Shown piece by piece: positions 9,520 to 19,190 of a stretch of DNA of 45,309 bases. The notes below the pieces were generated by a model. It saw only the letters and a program-made list of their open reading frames with translations, did no database searches and was not told the DNA's origin. Position numbers and translations under genes: made by a program. Position 1 is the stretch's first letter. Each line of letters begins with the position of its first letter. Location: the sequence record SRR22947727_28. The stretch is one strand, 5' to 3'.

Positions 9520-9759
9520 TCAAAATTTTATTTTGTATTTTTTTAAAATCTCTATCCCCTTCTTATAAGAACTGTAATCTACAATATCATCTGTTTCAAA
9601 TGATATTGAAAACTCGTCTTCAAGTGCAGAAATTAAACTCATATGTCCAATAGAGTCCCATTCGGGTATTTCATTGTATGCTAAATTATCACTAAATGTC
9701 TTTTCATTTACATTTAAAGAACTTTTGAATATTTTTTTATATTTTTCTAAATTGCTCAT
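9520..9759 (-). CDS. Acyl carrier protein
   Basis: 79 aa with WDSIGHMSLISALEDEF, which contains the phosphopantetheine attachment Ser. Confidence 0.92.
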   Translation of the reverse strand: MSNLEKYKKIFKSSLNVNEKTFSDNLAYNEIPEWDSIGHMSLISALEDEFSISFETDDIVDYSSYKKGIEILKKYKIKF

Positions 9760-10708
9760 AAATTGTATTTTCTATATTTTTTGCATCTAATTTAAAATGT
9801 TCTTTCAAGTAATCATAATCTCCTCCTTGACTGTAGCTATCATTTATTCCTATAAAAAGCTGAGGTGGAGAGTTTTTTATTTTTGATTTAACTTCCGAAA
9901 TAGAGGACCCAAGACCACCTATTATATTGTGTTCTTCAACAGATACTATCATTTTGCTATGCTTGCATTCATTTATTATCATTTCTTCATCAATAGGTTT
10001 GATAGTATGAGTATTAATTACACTACAGTGAATATTTTTTTTTTTCAACATTTCAGAGGCTTCTAAAGCATTTCTTACCATAGTTCCAGTAGCAAAAATT
10101 GATACGTCCTTACCGTTAATTATTTTGTGCGCTTTACCTATGTCAAATTTATAATCATTTAAATAAACAGGTTTGTTGTTAGACCCTCCAGTAAGTCTTA
10201 TATAAACACTATTTTTATGTTCAATTGCTGCATAAATACATTTTGCGGTTTCCCCACAATCCGCTGGAGATAATATTGTAAGATTAGGAATAGATCTTAA
10301 AACTCCAATATCCTCGATACTACAATGTGTATATCCCAAATTACCAAGTATTAATCCACTAGCTAAACCAACCATAATTACCTTTTCTTTCATATAGCCT
10401 AGGTTCACTTTTATTTGCTCACAGCATCTTAATGTTTGAAATGGTGAAAAAGTTGTAGTAATCACATCAAATCCTTCACTTGCCATCCCAGCTGCTACAC
10501 CTATTAAGTTTTGTTCTGCTATACCCACATCTAGATAATTTTTACTATAATTTTTTCTGAATCTATCTAAACCTGCTGATGTTGAAACATCAGAAGTTAA
10601 AATCATCAAATTTTTTTTATCCTTAACTAATTCTAAAGCTGTCATTCCAAAAGTTGCTCTAGATCCAATAGAAGAAAAAAGTTTTATATTTTTATCATTT
10701 AAAATCAC
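9737..10708 (-). CDS. Transketolase-family C-terminal subunit (pyrimidine-binding plus C-terminal domains)
   Basis: DVGIAEQN, EQIK, GYTH..ED, YIRL, IKPID and VEEH..GGLGS motifs. Confidence 0.92.
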   Translation of the reverse strand: MILNDKNIKLFSSIGSRATFGMTALELVKDKKNLMILTSDVSTSAGLDRFRKNYSKNYLDVGIAEQNLIGVAAGMASEGFDVITTTFSPFQTLRCCEQIKVNLGYMKEKVIMVGLASGLILGNLGYTHCSIEDIGVLRSIPNLTILSPADCGETAKCIYAAIEHKNSVYIRLTGGSNNKPVYLNDYKFDIGKAHKIINGKDVSIFATGTMVRNALEASEMLKKKNIHCSVINTHTIKPIDEEMIINECKHSKMIVSVEEHNIIGGLGSSISEVKSKIKNSPPQLFIGINDSYSQGGDYDYLKEHFKLDAKNIENTIYEQFRKI

Positions 10709-11513
10709 TATTCAACTCCTCAATCGATTCATCATAAAGCTTCTGAGTTAAAACAGAATGATGCCAATTATTATTGTTTTCAAATAATTTTACACCTTTC
10801 CCTTTAGTTGTTTTTGCAATTATTAATGATGGCTTTTGCGCTTTTTTAATTTTATTAAAACAATCAATAATGTCCCTAATATTATGTCCATTAATTTTAT
10901 AAACTTCCCACCCAAAAGATTTCCATTTTGTAGATAAATTTCTGTTACTTAATATCTCATCTAATGATCCTGTTTGTTGAAAATTATTATTATCTACTAT
11001 TGCAACTACATTCTTTAAATTTAAATTTGGTACCAACATTGCAGATTCCCAAACAGATCCCTCATTACACTCTCCATCACCAAGAACAACATACACATTT
11101 CGATTAATATTTTTTTTTTGTAATGAAATAGCTACACCTGTAGCAAGAGAAAGTCCCATTCCCAAACTCCCAGTTGAGAAATCTATACCAATTTTTTTAT
11201 TCTTCACCGGGTGACCAAGTAGATCACTTCCTGATTGTTCAAAAGTTTCTAGATGTTTTTTTTCAATATAACCTTTTTCATAAAGAACCGCATATAAAGC
11301 AAGACATGCGTGGCCCTTGCTCAGTATAAACCTATCTCTATCATCACTATTTTTATTAACATAAAAATAATTGTTAAATAAAGTTGCTAACACATCTACA
11401 ATTGAAAACGCTCCACCTATATGAGCAGCGTGAGAGCCGCCAATTTTTGCCATAAATAAAATATTCTTTCTAAATATTTTTGATTTTTTTTTTATATTCT
11501 CTATTTGTGACAT
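10695..11513 (-). CDS. Transketolase-family N-terminal (TPP-binding) subunit
   Basis: HIGGAFS, RDRFILSKGH, GHP, STGSLGMG, GDGECNEG..WE, NGH and KGKG..WH motifs. Confidence 0.93.
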   Translation of the reverse strand: MSQIENIKKKSKIFRKNILFMAKIGGSHAAHIGGAFSIVDVLATLFNNYFYVNKNSDDRDRFILSKGHACLALYAVLYEKGYIEKKHLETFEQSGSDLLGHPVKNKKIGIDFSTGSLGMGLSLATGVAISLQKKNINRNVYVVLGDGECNEGSVWESAMLVPNLNLKNVVAIVDNNNFQQTGSLDEILSNRNLSTKWKSFGWEVYKINGHNIRDIIDCFNKIKKAQKPSLIIAKTTKGKGVKLFENNNNWHHSVLTQKLYDESIEELNSDFK

Positions 11514-11519
11514 TAAATC

Positions 11520-12281
11520 TTAAATTTCTTCGTTTCCAAGACCACCATCTACTCGTATATCTTGTCCTGTTATATAATTTGATAATTTGCTACATAGAAA
11601 AAGTGCCACATTTGCAACCTCTTCTGGTGTACCTTTTCTTTTTAGTATGACTCTTTTTAATGTCTTTTCAATATTTTCATTAGTTGTATTTTCATTAAGC
11701 ATTTTTGTATCGATAAGGCCTGGTGAAATTGTATTTACTTTTATTTGAAATCTTCCCAATTCTTTAGCTAAAATTTTAGATCCTGTTGCTAATGCTGCTT
11801 TGCTGGTTGAGTAAGAAAATCTTCCATAATTAGCTTCAATTGCTGATGTTGACGATATATTTACTATATTTCCTGAACCATTTTTTATCATTTTTTTTAC
11901 AATTTTTTGAGTAAATAAAAAAGTGTTAACGAAATTAACTTCAAAAATTTTTTTTAAATTTTTACCTGATGTCATTTGAAAAATTCCATTTTCGATAATG
12001 CCAGCATTATTGATTAGGTTATCTACAGTAGTTGAATTATTGTCAATTTCTTTATAAGCATTTTTAATTGAGTTTTCATCCTCTAGATCTAGCTTTATAG
12101 GGTAAATTTCAACTTCATTTTTTTTAGATAGAAATTTAATTGTTTTTTCAAAATTATCATTCATATTTCTATAACATGCAAAGATTTTTGATGAGTTTTC
12201 AGAAAATTTGCTCAATATAGATAAGCCAATACCATTACTTGACCCTGTAATTACTGAGACATTATCCTTAAGTAATTTCAT
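11520..12281 (-). CDS. FabG-like short-chain dehydrogenase/reductase
   Basis: TGSSNGIG, NNAG, YSTSK, PGLIDT and ITGQDIRVDGG motifs. Confidence 0.9.
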   Translation of the reverse strand: MKLLKDNVSVITGSSNGIGLSILSKFSENSSKIFACYRNMNDNFEKTIKFLSKKNEVEIYPIKLDLEDENSIKNAYKEIDNNSTTVDNLINNAGIIENGIFQMTSGKNLKKIFEVNFVNTFLFTQKIVKKMIKNGSGNIVNISSTSAIEANYGRFSYSTSKAALATGSKILAKELGRFQIKVNTISPGLIDTKMLNENTTNENIEKTLKRVILKRKGTPEEVANVALFLCSKLSNYITGQDIRVDGGLGNEEI

Positions 12282-12310
12282 TTTAAGTCTTGGATAATTA
12301 TCACTCGCTA

Positions 12311-13369
12311 CTAGACAAAATCTTCTTTAGAAAAAATTTCCTCAGCAAGAGCTGGTTTAAAAATACTTTGGCCTGATTTAGTCATAAATTTACTTATAAA
12401 GTTTTTATCTTCTCCTGCCAAACATAGATCACTATGATTTTTAAAATGTTTGATTCTGAATCCATAATCAACAATTTCCTTTAAAGGATTTTTAAAAATA
12501 TTTCCTATCTTAATATGTACATATGGGCAAACTAAAACATCACCTATGGGAGTTATGTAAAGTCTATTAACAGTAGTACACCCAAGAATTTTTTCATGGT
12601 TTTTATCAAACGGATTCCAAACATTTCTAACAATATTTTTATATTCTTTTCTAATTTTTCGAAGATATTCCCTGTCATTATCATCACAAATTATATCTTC
12701 AGCATTTTGCCACATTCCAGAGGGAACAGCTACATTAAGGAGTGTCTTGTATCTTTTTTGTTTTGAGTAATCTAAGAGTTGTTTAAAATGCTCTGTATTT
12801 GCATTGTAATGCCCTACTGTAATATTTAAGTATGGATCCATCCCAGCATTCTTAACATGTTCCAATGCTTCTATTGCACGCCTCCAAGAATCTTTTCTTC
12901 CTCTAATCTCGTCATGTATTTTTTCATCCATACTATCTATGCTGACAGAAACCCTACTTACTTTAAATTCCGCAAGTCGTTTTGCCATTTTTTCATCTAA
13001 ATAATATCCATTTGTTGTTAAATACATATAAAATCGTTCAGGTTTTATTGCTTCTAAGACTTGAAATAATTTTTTTGGCTGAAGGAGCAGTTCGCCTCCT
13101 TGCAAGTCAAATTCAAAATATCCTAATTCATCTGCATCATCAGCTAATTTTCTTATAGCATTTATATCAAGATATTCTTTAACATGGTCACCTTTTGGAG
13201 AGTTTGTAAAACAATATTTGCATCTTAAGTTGCAAGCATTATTAAAATTCAAATCAATACCTCTGGTTTTGGTACCAACTTTTCCATCATTTTTTTGAAC
13301 ATAAGTATAAAAATCTTTTAATTTTTTTACCAATCTGGGCTTATCAAGTAATGATGAGGCTATAGGCAT
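12311..13369 (-). CDS. Radical SAM protein with SPASM/twitch-like C-terminus
   Basis: CNLRCKYC, GGE, TTNG, VSIDS, HDEIRG and C-terminal GC..LYITPIGDVLVCPY...C motifs. Confidence 0.93.
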   Translation of the reverse strand: MPIASSLLDKPRLVKKLKDFYTYVQKNDGKVGTKTRGIDLNFNNACNLRCKYCFTNSPKGDHVKEYLDINAIRKLADDADELGYFEFDLQGGELLLQPKKLFQVLEAIKPERFYMYLTTNGYYLDEKMAKRLAEFKVSRVSVSIDSMDEKIHDEIRGRKDSWRRAIEALEHVKNAGMDPYLNITVGHYNANTEHFKQLLDYSKQKRYKTLLNVAVPSGMWQNAEDIICDDNDREYLRKIRKEYKNIVRNVWNPFDKNHEKILGCTTVNRLYITPIGDVLVCPYVHIKIGNIFKNPLKEIVDYGFRIKHFKNHSDLCLAGEDKNFISKFMTKSGQSIFKPALAEEIFSKEDFV

Positions 13370-13833
13370 TAATTTTTACTTATATATTGATTTAATGTAT
13401 CAGGTAATATCAAAGTAAAATCAGCACTACAAGCAAAATCTTTTTTAACATAACCAACCCCTTCACATTTTGCCATACCTCTTTTAAAAGAAATAATTTT
13501 AGTCTTAATTTGAAGAATATCTCCAGGTATAATTTTTTTTTTAAATTTAAGATTTGTAGCATTTACTAAATATAAAATTTTTCCTTTATTTCCTGGTAAT
13601 GTTAAAATTGCTAAAGAGCTCATTTGAACCATTGCTTCAACCTGTAACATACCTGGCATATTAGGATCAGATGGCCAATGAACTTTAAAAAACCATTCTT
13701 TTTTTGTTAATTTTTTATATCCTATGGAGCTCACACCAGGAACAACCTCTGTGGCATGATCAATCATTAAATAAGGATCTCTATTTTGCTGGTAATTTTC
13801 AATCTCTTTTTTGTCTAACGTAAGTTTTATCAT
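13369..13833 (-). CDS. FabZ-like beta-hydroxyacyl-ACP dehydratase
   Basis: RDPYLMID, FFKVHWP..PNMPGMLQVEAM and PGD motifs (hot-dog fold His/Glu). Confidence 0.9.
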   Translation of the reverse strand: MIKLTLDKKEIENYQQNRDPYLMIDHATEVVPGVSSIGYKKLTKKEWFFKVHWPSDPNMPGMLQVEAMVQMSSLAILTLPGNKGKILYLVNATNLKFKKKIIPGDILQIKTKIISFKRGMAKCEGVGYVKKDFACSADFTLILPDTLNQYISKN

Positions 13834-13838
13834 ATCAA

Positions 13839-15044
13839 TTATTTTATAATAACACTTCTAGATAATGATGAAATAATATCATAACCATCCCAATCTAAAT
13901 CCATATTTAGTGCTTGACCAAAAGGTACAATTCTATCAACCCCTTGAATGTTGTTATCTCTTATAAATTTTTCTAATTTATTTTTTGAAAAACCAAAGTA
14001 CGTAAGTGTTTGAAATTTTTTATTTATTATATCTTTTAATATCAATAAATCATTTAACTGATATTCATAAAAATATCCCCACTTACCTCTAAGATTTTCA
14101 AGTCCGCTTTTAATTTTTTTTAATCTTATTGTCTGCAAACCATTACTGTAGTTTTTATACCCTAAAATATCTTCATTTATTGCAAAATCTTTACAAAGTT
14201 TCGTATATTTATCTATGATTGCAATTTCTGGTAAAACATAATCCTGTTTAGTTTTTTTTGAAAGTTCGACCCAAAACTTTTCAATAGTTTTTTCAATATT
14301 TTTATGACTATACCAAAGAACAATATGTGGTGATGAGCAAGCATTTTGATCAGCTGTATAAGTATCATTAAAAAAATTTTTTACCAAAATTTTCAAATCA
14401 TTATTCCGTAATTTGCTGACTTTATTTGCATTTATGATGCTGAAAGAGTATCTGTCTCCAAATGTGACGTCAGTTGCGTGCGGTTTAATTTTAAACTCTC
14501 GTAGAGTATTAATTGTTTTGTCACCTCCCCAAATTATTCTCATGTCACAAATTTCTGAGATTTTTTCCGAAATACAATTTTTATCATTATCTTGATATCG
14601 TATAATGGTAATAAGATCTTTAATGCTTGAATATTCTTTTTTTGATAAAATTTTTTTAATTTCCTTACAAATCATGTCTATTTGAGGAAATTGTTTGGAT
14701 GGAACCTTAACAATATTGGAATTTCCAGAGATTAAACCAAACAATAAAGAATAAATAAAATTAGTAGGAACATTTGATGGTGTGATATGAAAAATTAAAC
14801 CTCTTCCAAATCTAATTTGGGAGTTTTTATATTTTTTTTTAAGTTTTGATAAATTGCTAGAACTACACCAAAAAGCTAACGCAACAAGGTCTGTGTGTTT
14901 TCTGTATGTTTTATTCTTTAGTAAATTTTTTGAAAGGTTTTCAAGAAAACTACAAACAATATTCTCAAATGGCTTTAAGGTCTTTGATTGTACAATATTA
15001 TTTCCAACTAGATATTTTATATCCTTTAATTTTAAACTATACAT
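13839..15044 (-). CDS. LuxC-family acyl-CoA/acyl-protein reductase
   Basis: GRGLIFHITPSNVP, WGG, DRYS, DQNACSSP (catalytic Cys) and DRIVPFG..WDG motifs. Confidence 0.9.
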   Translation of the reverse strand: MYSLKLKDIKYLVGNNIVQSKTLKPFENIVCSFLENLSKNLLKNKTYRKHTDLVALAFWCSSSNLSKLKKKYKNSQIRFGRGLIFHITPSNVPTNFIYSLLFGLISGNSNIVKVPSKQFPQIDMICKEIKKILSKKEYSSIKDLITIIRYQDNDKNCISEKISEICDMRIIWGGDKTINTLREFKIKPHATDVTFGDRYSFSIINANKVSKLRNNDLKILVKNFFNDTYTADQNACSSPHIVLWYSHKNIEKTIEKFWVELSKKTKQDYVLPEIAIIDKYTKLCKDFAINEDILGYKNYSNGLQTIRLKKIKSGLENLRGKWGYFYEYQLNDLLILKDIINKKFQTLTYFGFSKNKLEKFIRDNNIQGVDRIVPFGQALNMDLDWDGYDIISSLSRSVIIK

Positions 15045-16089
15045 TTGCGCAACCTCTAATTTCTGAATTTTTTACTCTTCCTTTAATTGTAAAACATTTA
15101 CCTTTAAATCCACAATTACATTTAGCTAATTTCCCCAAATCTTCAGTTAAAATATTATGACCTGGATAGCTTTTTGGTAATAAAGAGATCAATTGTACTA
15201 TACCCTCCTCATTTTCAATTTGATTAAAATTTTTATCTCTTATTATTACGTCAGAGAAATTAGAACACATAAAAACATTACATTTAGGGCATTCAAAAAA
15301 AATTGAACCAACTTGCTCAACTAGTCCATAATAATTTATTATTTTTTTGACATTGTATTTATTTAAAAAATTTTTCTTAAATAGATGATTTGATATTTTT
15401 TTATTTTCTAATTTTTTCCATCCACCTCCATGAATCAAAATAGAATTTTTTAAATCTATCTTCTCTTTAAAATTTGAATTCTCAAAAAAAGCTGAATACA
15501 CATCACTAGTGAACCCAAAAATTAAAAATTTTTTTTTTCCAAATTTTTCGACAAAATTAAAAAGCACTTCTTCATTTATTTTATTAGAGGAATTTAAAAG
15601 ATAGTGATGATTTTTACCAAAAATTGAAAAACCTCTTATTGCTGCAGATTTTGCATCAAATTTATTTTTTTCAAAATTTATATCTTTATTAACAATAAGC
15701 ATCGGTAATCTATTTTTTCCAATAAAATGAGATACAATTTTTGAAAGTGCGAGTCTTTGAGATGTAGCGTTCTCCTTATCAAGAAAAATTTTTGATTGTG
15801 ATGAACCAGAGGTACCAGAAGAAAGCAAAGTTTTAAAAATTTGATTAGATGAAATACTTTTTAAATCTAACTCTTTAAATATGCTAGTTGTTAAAAAAGG
15901 AAGTTCAGAAACCTCATAGTTTTTATTATATTTATAATCAAAACCACTTAAAATTTTTTTGTATAAATTTGATTTTGAATAATGATATCTAGTTAAGTCA
16001 TTTAAATATTTTTTAAATAATAAGTCTTTATCCTTACTATCAAGACTGAATGGATCAAGTTTAAATAAATCTAATTTTTTTTGAATCAA
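15037..16089 (-). CDS. LuxE-family acyl-protein synthetase
   Basis: SSGTSG, FGFT, HGGGWKK, YYGLVE, SYPGHNILTEDLG and C-terminal GR..SEIRGC motifs. Confidence 0.9.
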   Translation of the reverse strand: MIQKKLDLFKLDPFSLDSKDKDLLFKKYLNDLTRYHYSKSNLYKKILSGFDYKYNKNYEVSELPFLTTSIFKELDLKSISSNQIFKTLLSSGTSGSSQSKIFLDKENATSQRLALSKIVSHFIGKNRLPMLIVNKDINFEKNKFDAKSAAIRGFSIFGKNHHYLLNSSNKINEEVLFNFVEKFGKKKFLIFGFTSDVYSAFFENSNFKEKIDLKNSILIHGGGWKKLENKKISNHLFKKNFLNKYNVKKIINYYGLVEQVGSIFFECPKCNVFMCSNFSDVIIRDKNFNQIENEEGIVQLISLLPKSYPGHNILTEDLGKLAKCNCGFKGKCFTIKGRVKNSEIRGCANV

Positions 16090-17459
16090 TTTAAAATCTT
16101 TTTATTTAGGAATTTTTTAACATATTTAAATTCAATGTAATTGATGTTTAATTTTAATTTTTTAGACAACATATTTTTAACCTTATCTAAAGAAACATTT
16201 TTGCCTGTATGCTGTATACACAATTTATTATCAGATATATCACATTTTACTTCATATCCATTTTTTTTTAAAAGGAACTCAACATCTTCTAAATCTATTC
16301 TTACACCAAAGACTTTTGATATTCTTTTGATTCTACCAACTATATAATAAAAACTATCTTTATCGTATTTAGCTAAATCTCCAGTAAATAAAATATTATT
16401 ATTTTCATCATTTTTAATTAGATCTTTATAAGAATTCGAGTATCCCATAAAAACATTTTTACCTTTAAAAACAAGTTCTCCTTGAGTATTTGGTGTAATA
16501 ATTTTTTTTCCTTGTTTATCTCTAATGTAAAAAAAATTATTGTTAATTGCCTTTCCTATACTATTTGTTTTTTTTTTTATAAATTTATAATCCAGCACAG
16601 ACATTCTTGGTGAAGCTTCTGTTTGACCATACATTGAATAAAATTTTATTTTATTTTTTTCAGAAAAATTTACAATTTTTTTAATTAAATTTTTATCCAA
16701 TTTGCCGCCCGCATTAGCAAAGAATTTAAGGTTTTTATTATAAAAATTTTTAAAATTTAGTTTATCAATTAACTCAAATATGTATGGAACACCATAAAAG
16801 CAGTTGGGTTGAAATTTTTTATATTTATCCCAAAATTTTTTTTCTAAAATTGAGTGGTTATTCAAAATTATTTTTCCACCAGAAATTAAATGAGTATTTA
16901 TAACCGAAATTCCATAAGTATAATTAAATGGCAATGTTGTTATTACGCTTTTGTTTCTAAGATGTAATGATGAAATTATGTCTTTTGAATTAGTTAAATA
17001 ATTTTCATATGAAAGCCTAACTAATTTTGGGCTACCTGTTGTTCCAGAAGTTGAAAGCAGTAAAGCTAAATCATCATTCATTAATATTTTTTTAATAAAT
17101 TTTTGTTTAGTACAAATATAATCTTTAAAATTAAATATTTTTTTGTATCCTTTAATTATATTTAAGCTCTTAGGTTGGATAATATAATTTGGTTTATATT
17201 TTAAAATTAAATTATTTAAATATTCTTTTTGAATATTTTTTTCAAATATAGCTACTACTGATTTCTGCCTAATTAGTCCAACATACGATGCTATTGACTC
17301 AATATCATTTTCAGCTAATAAAAAAACAAGTGATCTTTTATTAATTTTTGATGCTAGTTTATCTGATAAGTTTGTAAATTTTTCAAAAGTTAATTGATCA
17401 TTTTCATTAATAATACATATTTTATTATTGAATGCTGATAAATTTTTAAATAAAGACAT
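16086..17459 (-). CDS. AMP-dependent acyl-CoA/acyl-ACP ligase
   Basis: TSGTTGSPK, YGQTE, TGDLA, GR..R and GVRIDL adenylation motifs. Confidence 0.92.
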   Translation of the reverse strand: MSLFKNLSAFNNKICIINENDQLTFEKFTNLSDKLASKINKRSLVFLLAENDIESIASYVGLIRQKSVVAIFEKNIQKEYLNNLILKYKPNYIIQPKSLNIIKGYKKIFNFKDYICTKQKFIKKILMNDDLALLLSTSGTTGSPKLVRLSYENYLTNSKDIISSLHLRNKSVITTLPFNYTYGISVINTHLISGGKIILNNHSILEKKFWDKYKKFQPNCFYGVPYIFELIDKLNFKNFYNKNLKFFANAGGKLDKNLIKKIVNFSEKNKIKFYSMYGQTEASPRMSVLDYKFIKKKTNSIGKAINNNFFYIRDKQGKKIITPNTQGELVFKGKNVFMGYSNSYKDLIKNDENNNILFTGDLAKYDKDSFYYIVGRIKRISKVFGVRIDLEDVEFLLKKNGYEVKCDISDNKLCIQHTGKNVSLDKVKNMLSKKLKLNINYIEFKYVKKFLNKKILN

Positions 17460-17476
17460 TTTTTGTATGCAATAAA

Positions 17477-18367
17477 TTAAAAATTTGCTCTAAGTGTTTG
17501 CATTACAACTATATCCCTTTTATCATTTTTAGAAACTTTTTCTCTTCCATGTAAAAATCTATTATTATCAATCATAAACAAATCATTTTTTTTCCAATTA
17601 TGCTTATAAGTAAAAGAATCTGATTTTGATTTTATTTCATTAATTATTTTTCTTGGAATTTTCTCACCATTGCTAAGAGACCTACTTAAGATTTGAGGTT
17701 CAGATTTTAAAGTTACAATTAAATGATTTGCAAATGACAACCTATTTATAAATCTGACTTTATTTACTGCATATTTGTGATAGTCAAATTCAATGTTTGA
17801 TTTTTTAAAATCAATTATACAATTTTCAACTCCTGTATGAGGCAAATACCAATTCTTTTTGTTTTTTTTATTTTTATTTTTGTCAATAAAAGGAATTCTA
17901 AGACTAAATTTTATTAAATTCTTTAAAAAAAAATTTTTTGTTGAAAGTTTCAAACTATCCCAAAGCTTAACACCATCACATATAATTGTTTCTCCTCCCT
18001 CTTTGTTTGGTGGGGTAATGCAAGTAAACCAAATTATTTCTGGTGTAGATGGTGAAAAGCTTGCCTCACTATGCAAATCAATCTTTTGCAATCCACTATC
18101 AACATTTCTAATGTTATCTTTATTAAATCTTTTCTTTCTTCTTAAAGCATCATTAGCATAAGTAGTTGTAAATTTATCTGTAAATTGTCCAATTTTATCA
18201 ATACTCAAGTTAAAATTTCTGAACAGTATGATGCCCTTCTTATTAAATTCTTTTTTGATATTATTTACACTAATTCTGGTTATATTATTTTTTTTATTTT
18301 TATTAAAATAAATAACACCAAAATCATTAATTTTTTCTGATAATTTTTTTTTTATTAAGTGTGACAT
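17477..18367 (-). CDS. TauD/TfdA-family Fe(II)/2-oxoglutarate dioxygenase
   Basis: GIILFRNF, LHSE (HxE), GGET...DG and W...D...IDN.RFLHGR motifs. Confidence 0.88.
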   Translation of the reverse strand: MSHLIKKKLSEKINDFGVIYFNKNKKNNITRISVNNIKKEFNKKGIILFRNFNLSIDKIGQFTDKFTTTYANDALRRKKRFNKDNIRNVDSGLQKIDLHSEASFSPSTPEIIWFTCITPPNKEGGETIICDGVKLWDSLKLSTKNFFLKNLIKFSLRIPFIDKNKNKKNKKNWYLPHTGVENCIIDFKKSNIEFDYHKYAVNKVRFINRLSFANHLIVTLKSEPQILSRSLSNGEKIPRKIINEIKSKSDSFTYKHNWKKNDLFMIDNNRFLHGREKVSKNDKRDIVVMQTLRANF

Positions 18368-18368
18368 T

Positions 18369-19190
18369 TTAAAATTTTGGTATATTTTTTAACAAATAAT
18401 AACAATCTTTTTGAAGTTTTACTTTTAAAAACTTAAAAAGTTTTTTTGTTTCAATTAAATACAATTTTTTTTTATTATATATAGTTGTTTTTAAAAGATT
18501 TTTTTGTGAAAATTTTTTATTATTTCCTTCAATATCATTAATAATTTTATTATTACTATATTTAACAAAGCTTATTATTGGTAAATTTATTCTTTTGCCA
18601 TTTTTAATTATTTTTCCTTCATGGAGTTTAAAATATCTATGAGGAACACCGACTCTTTGCTCGACATAATGTACGTAAGTCATATATCTAAGATCAACAC
18701 CAAGAAATAACATTTTAGCATTTAAATTTGTTAAAATATCAAAAGGTGAGTCTATTCCATATGCAGAAGCTGTTTTATTATTGCATATTATTTTTGCATT
18801 TTTTCCTAAAGCAGCAATTGAAGCAATCGGATTAAGACTTCTAATTGATTTTTTTAAACCAGAAATATATCTAGAATAAATACCAATATTTAAATTAAGT
18901 GATGATTTTTTATTCAATTCGAAAACTTTCTTTTTATTAAATTCCCAATAAAAAGATGGAACACATATAGTTCCATTATCTCCAATAACAGTGCACAAAG
19001 ACTTATGCAAAATATTTATAGATGTTTTTAAATCGATGTCAGTAAAACCAATATCACTTATATTTGAATGAACTAAAACAGTATCATTTTTTTTTAAACC
19101 CAATTTCTTCAAATGTTCAATTAATTTTTTGCTTTTTGAATTAAAATAATCAGGTGATTTAGTTTTTAATATAGTCACAGACAAATTCAA
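18369..19190 (-). CDS. AAC(3)/YokD-family N-acyltransferase
   Basis: VLVHS, GTICVP, RSLNPIASIAALG, YGIDSPF, LFLGV and TYVHYVE motifs. Confidence 0.88.
   Translation of the reverse strand: MNLSVTILKTKSPDYFNSKSKKLIEHLKKLGLKKNDTVLVHSNISDIGFTDIDLKTSINILHKSLCTVIGDNGTICVPSFYWEFNKKKVFELNKKSSLNLNIGIYSRYISGLKKSIRSLNPIASIAALGKNAKIICNNKTASAYGIDSPFDILTNLNAKMLFLGVDLRYMTYVHYVEQRVGVPHRYFKLHEGKIIKNGKRINLPIISFVKYSNNKIINDIEGNNKKFSQKNLLKTTIYNKKKLYLIETKKLFKFLKVKLQKDCYYLLKNIPKF

Noticed and set aside
13839-16089. luxC/luxE as a bioluminescence operon
   Set aside because: No luxA, luxB or luxD. The context is ACP, ligase and glycan genes, a known non-luminescent setting for these families.
18369-19190. AAC(3) as an aminoglycoside resistance gene
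   Set aside because: It is embedded and tightly coupled in a biosynthetic operon, has host-like AT content and has no mobile context.
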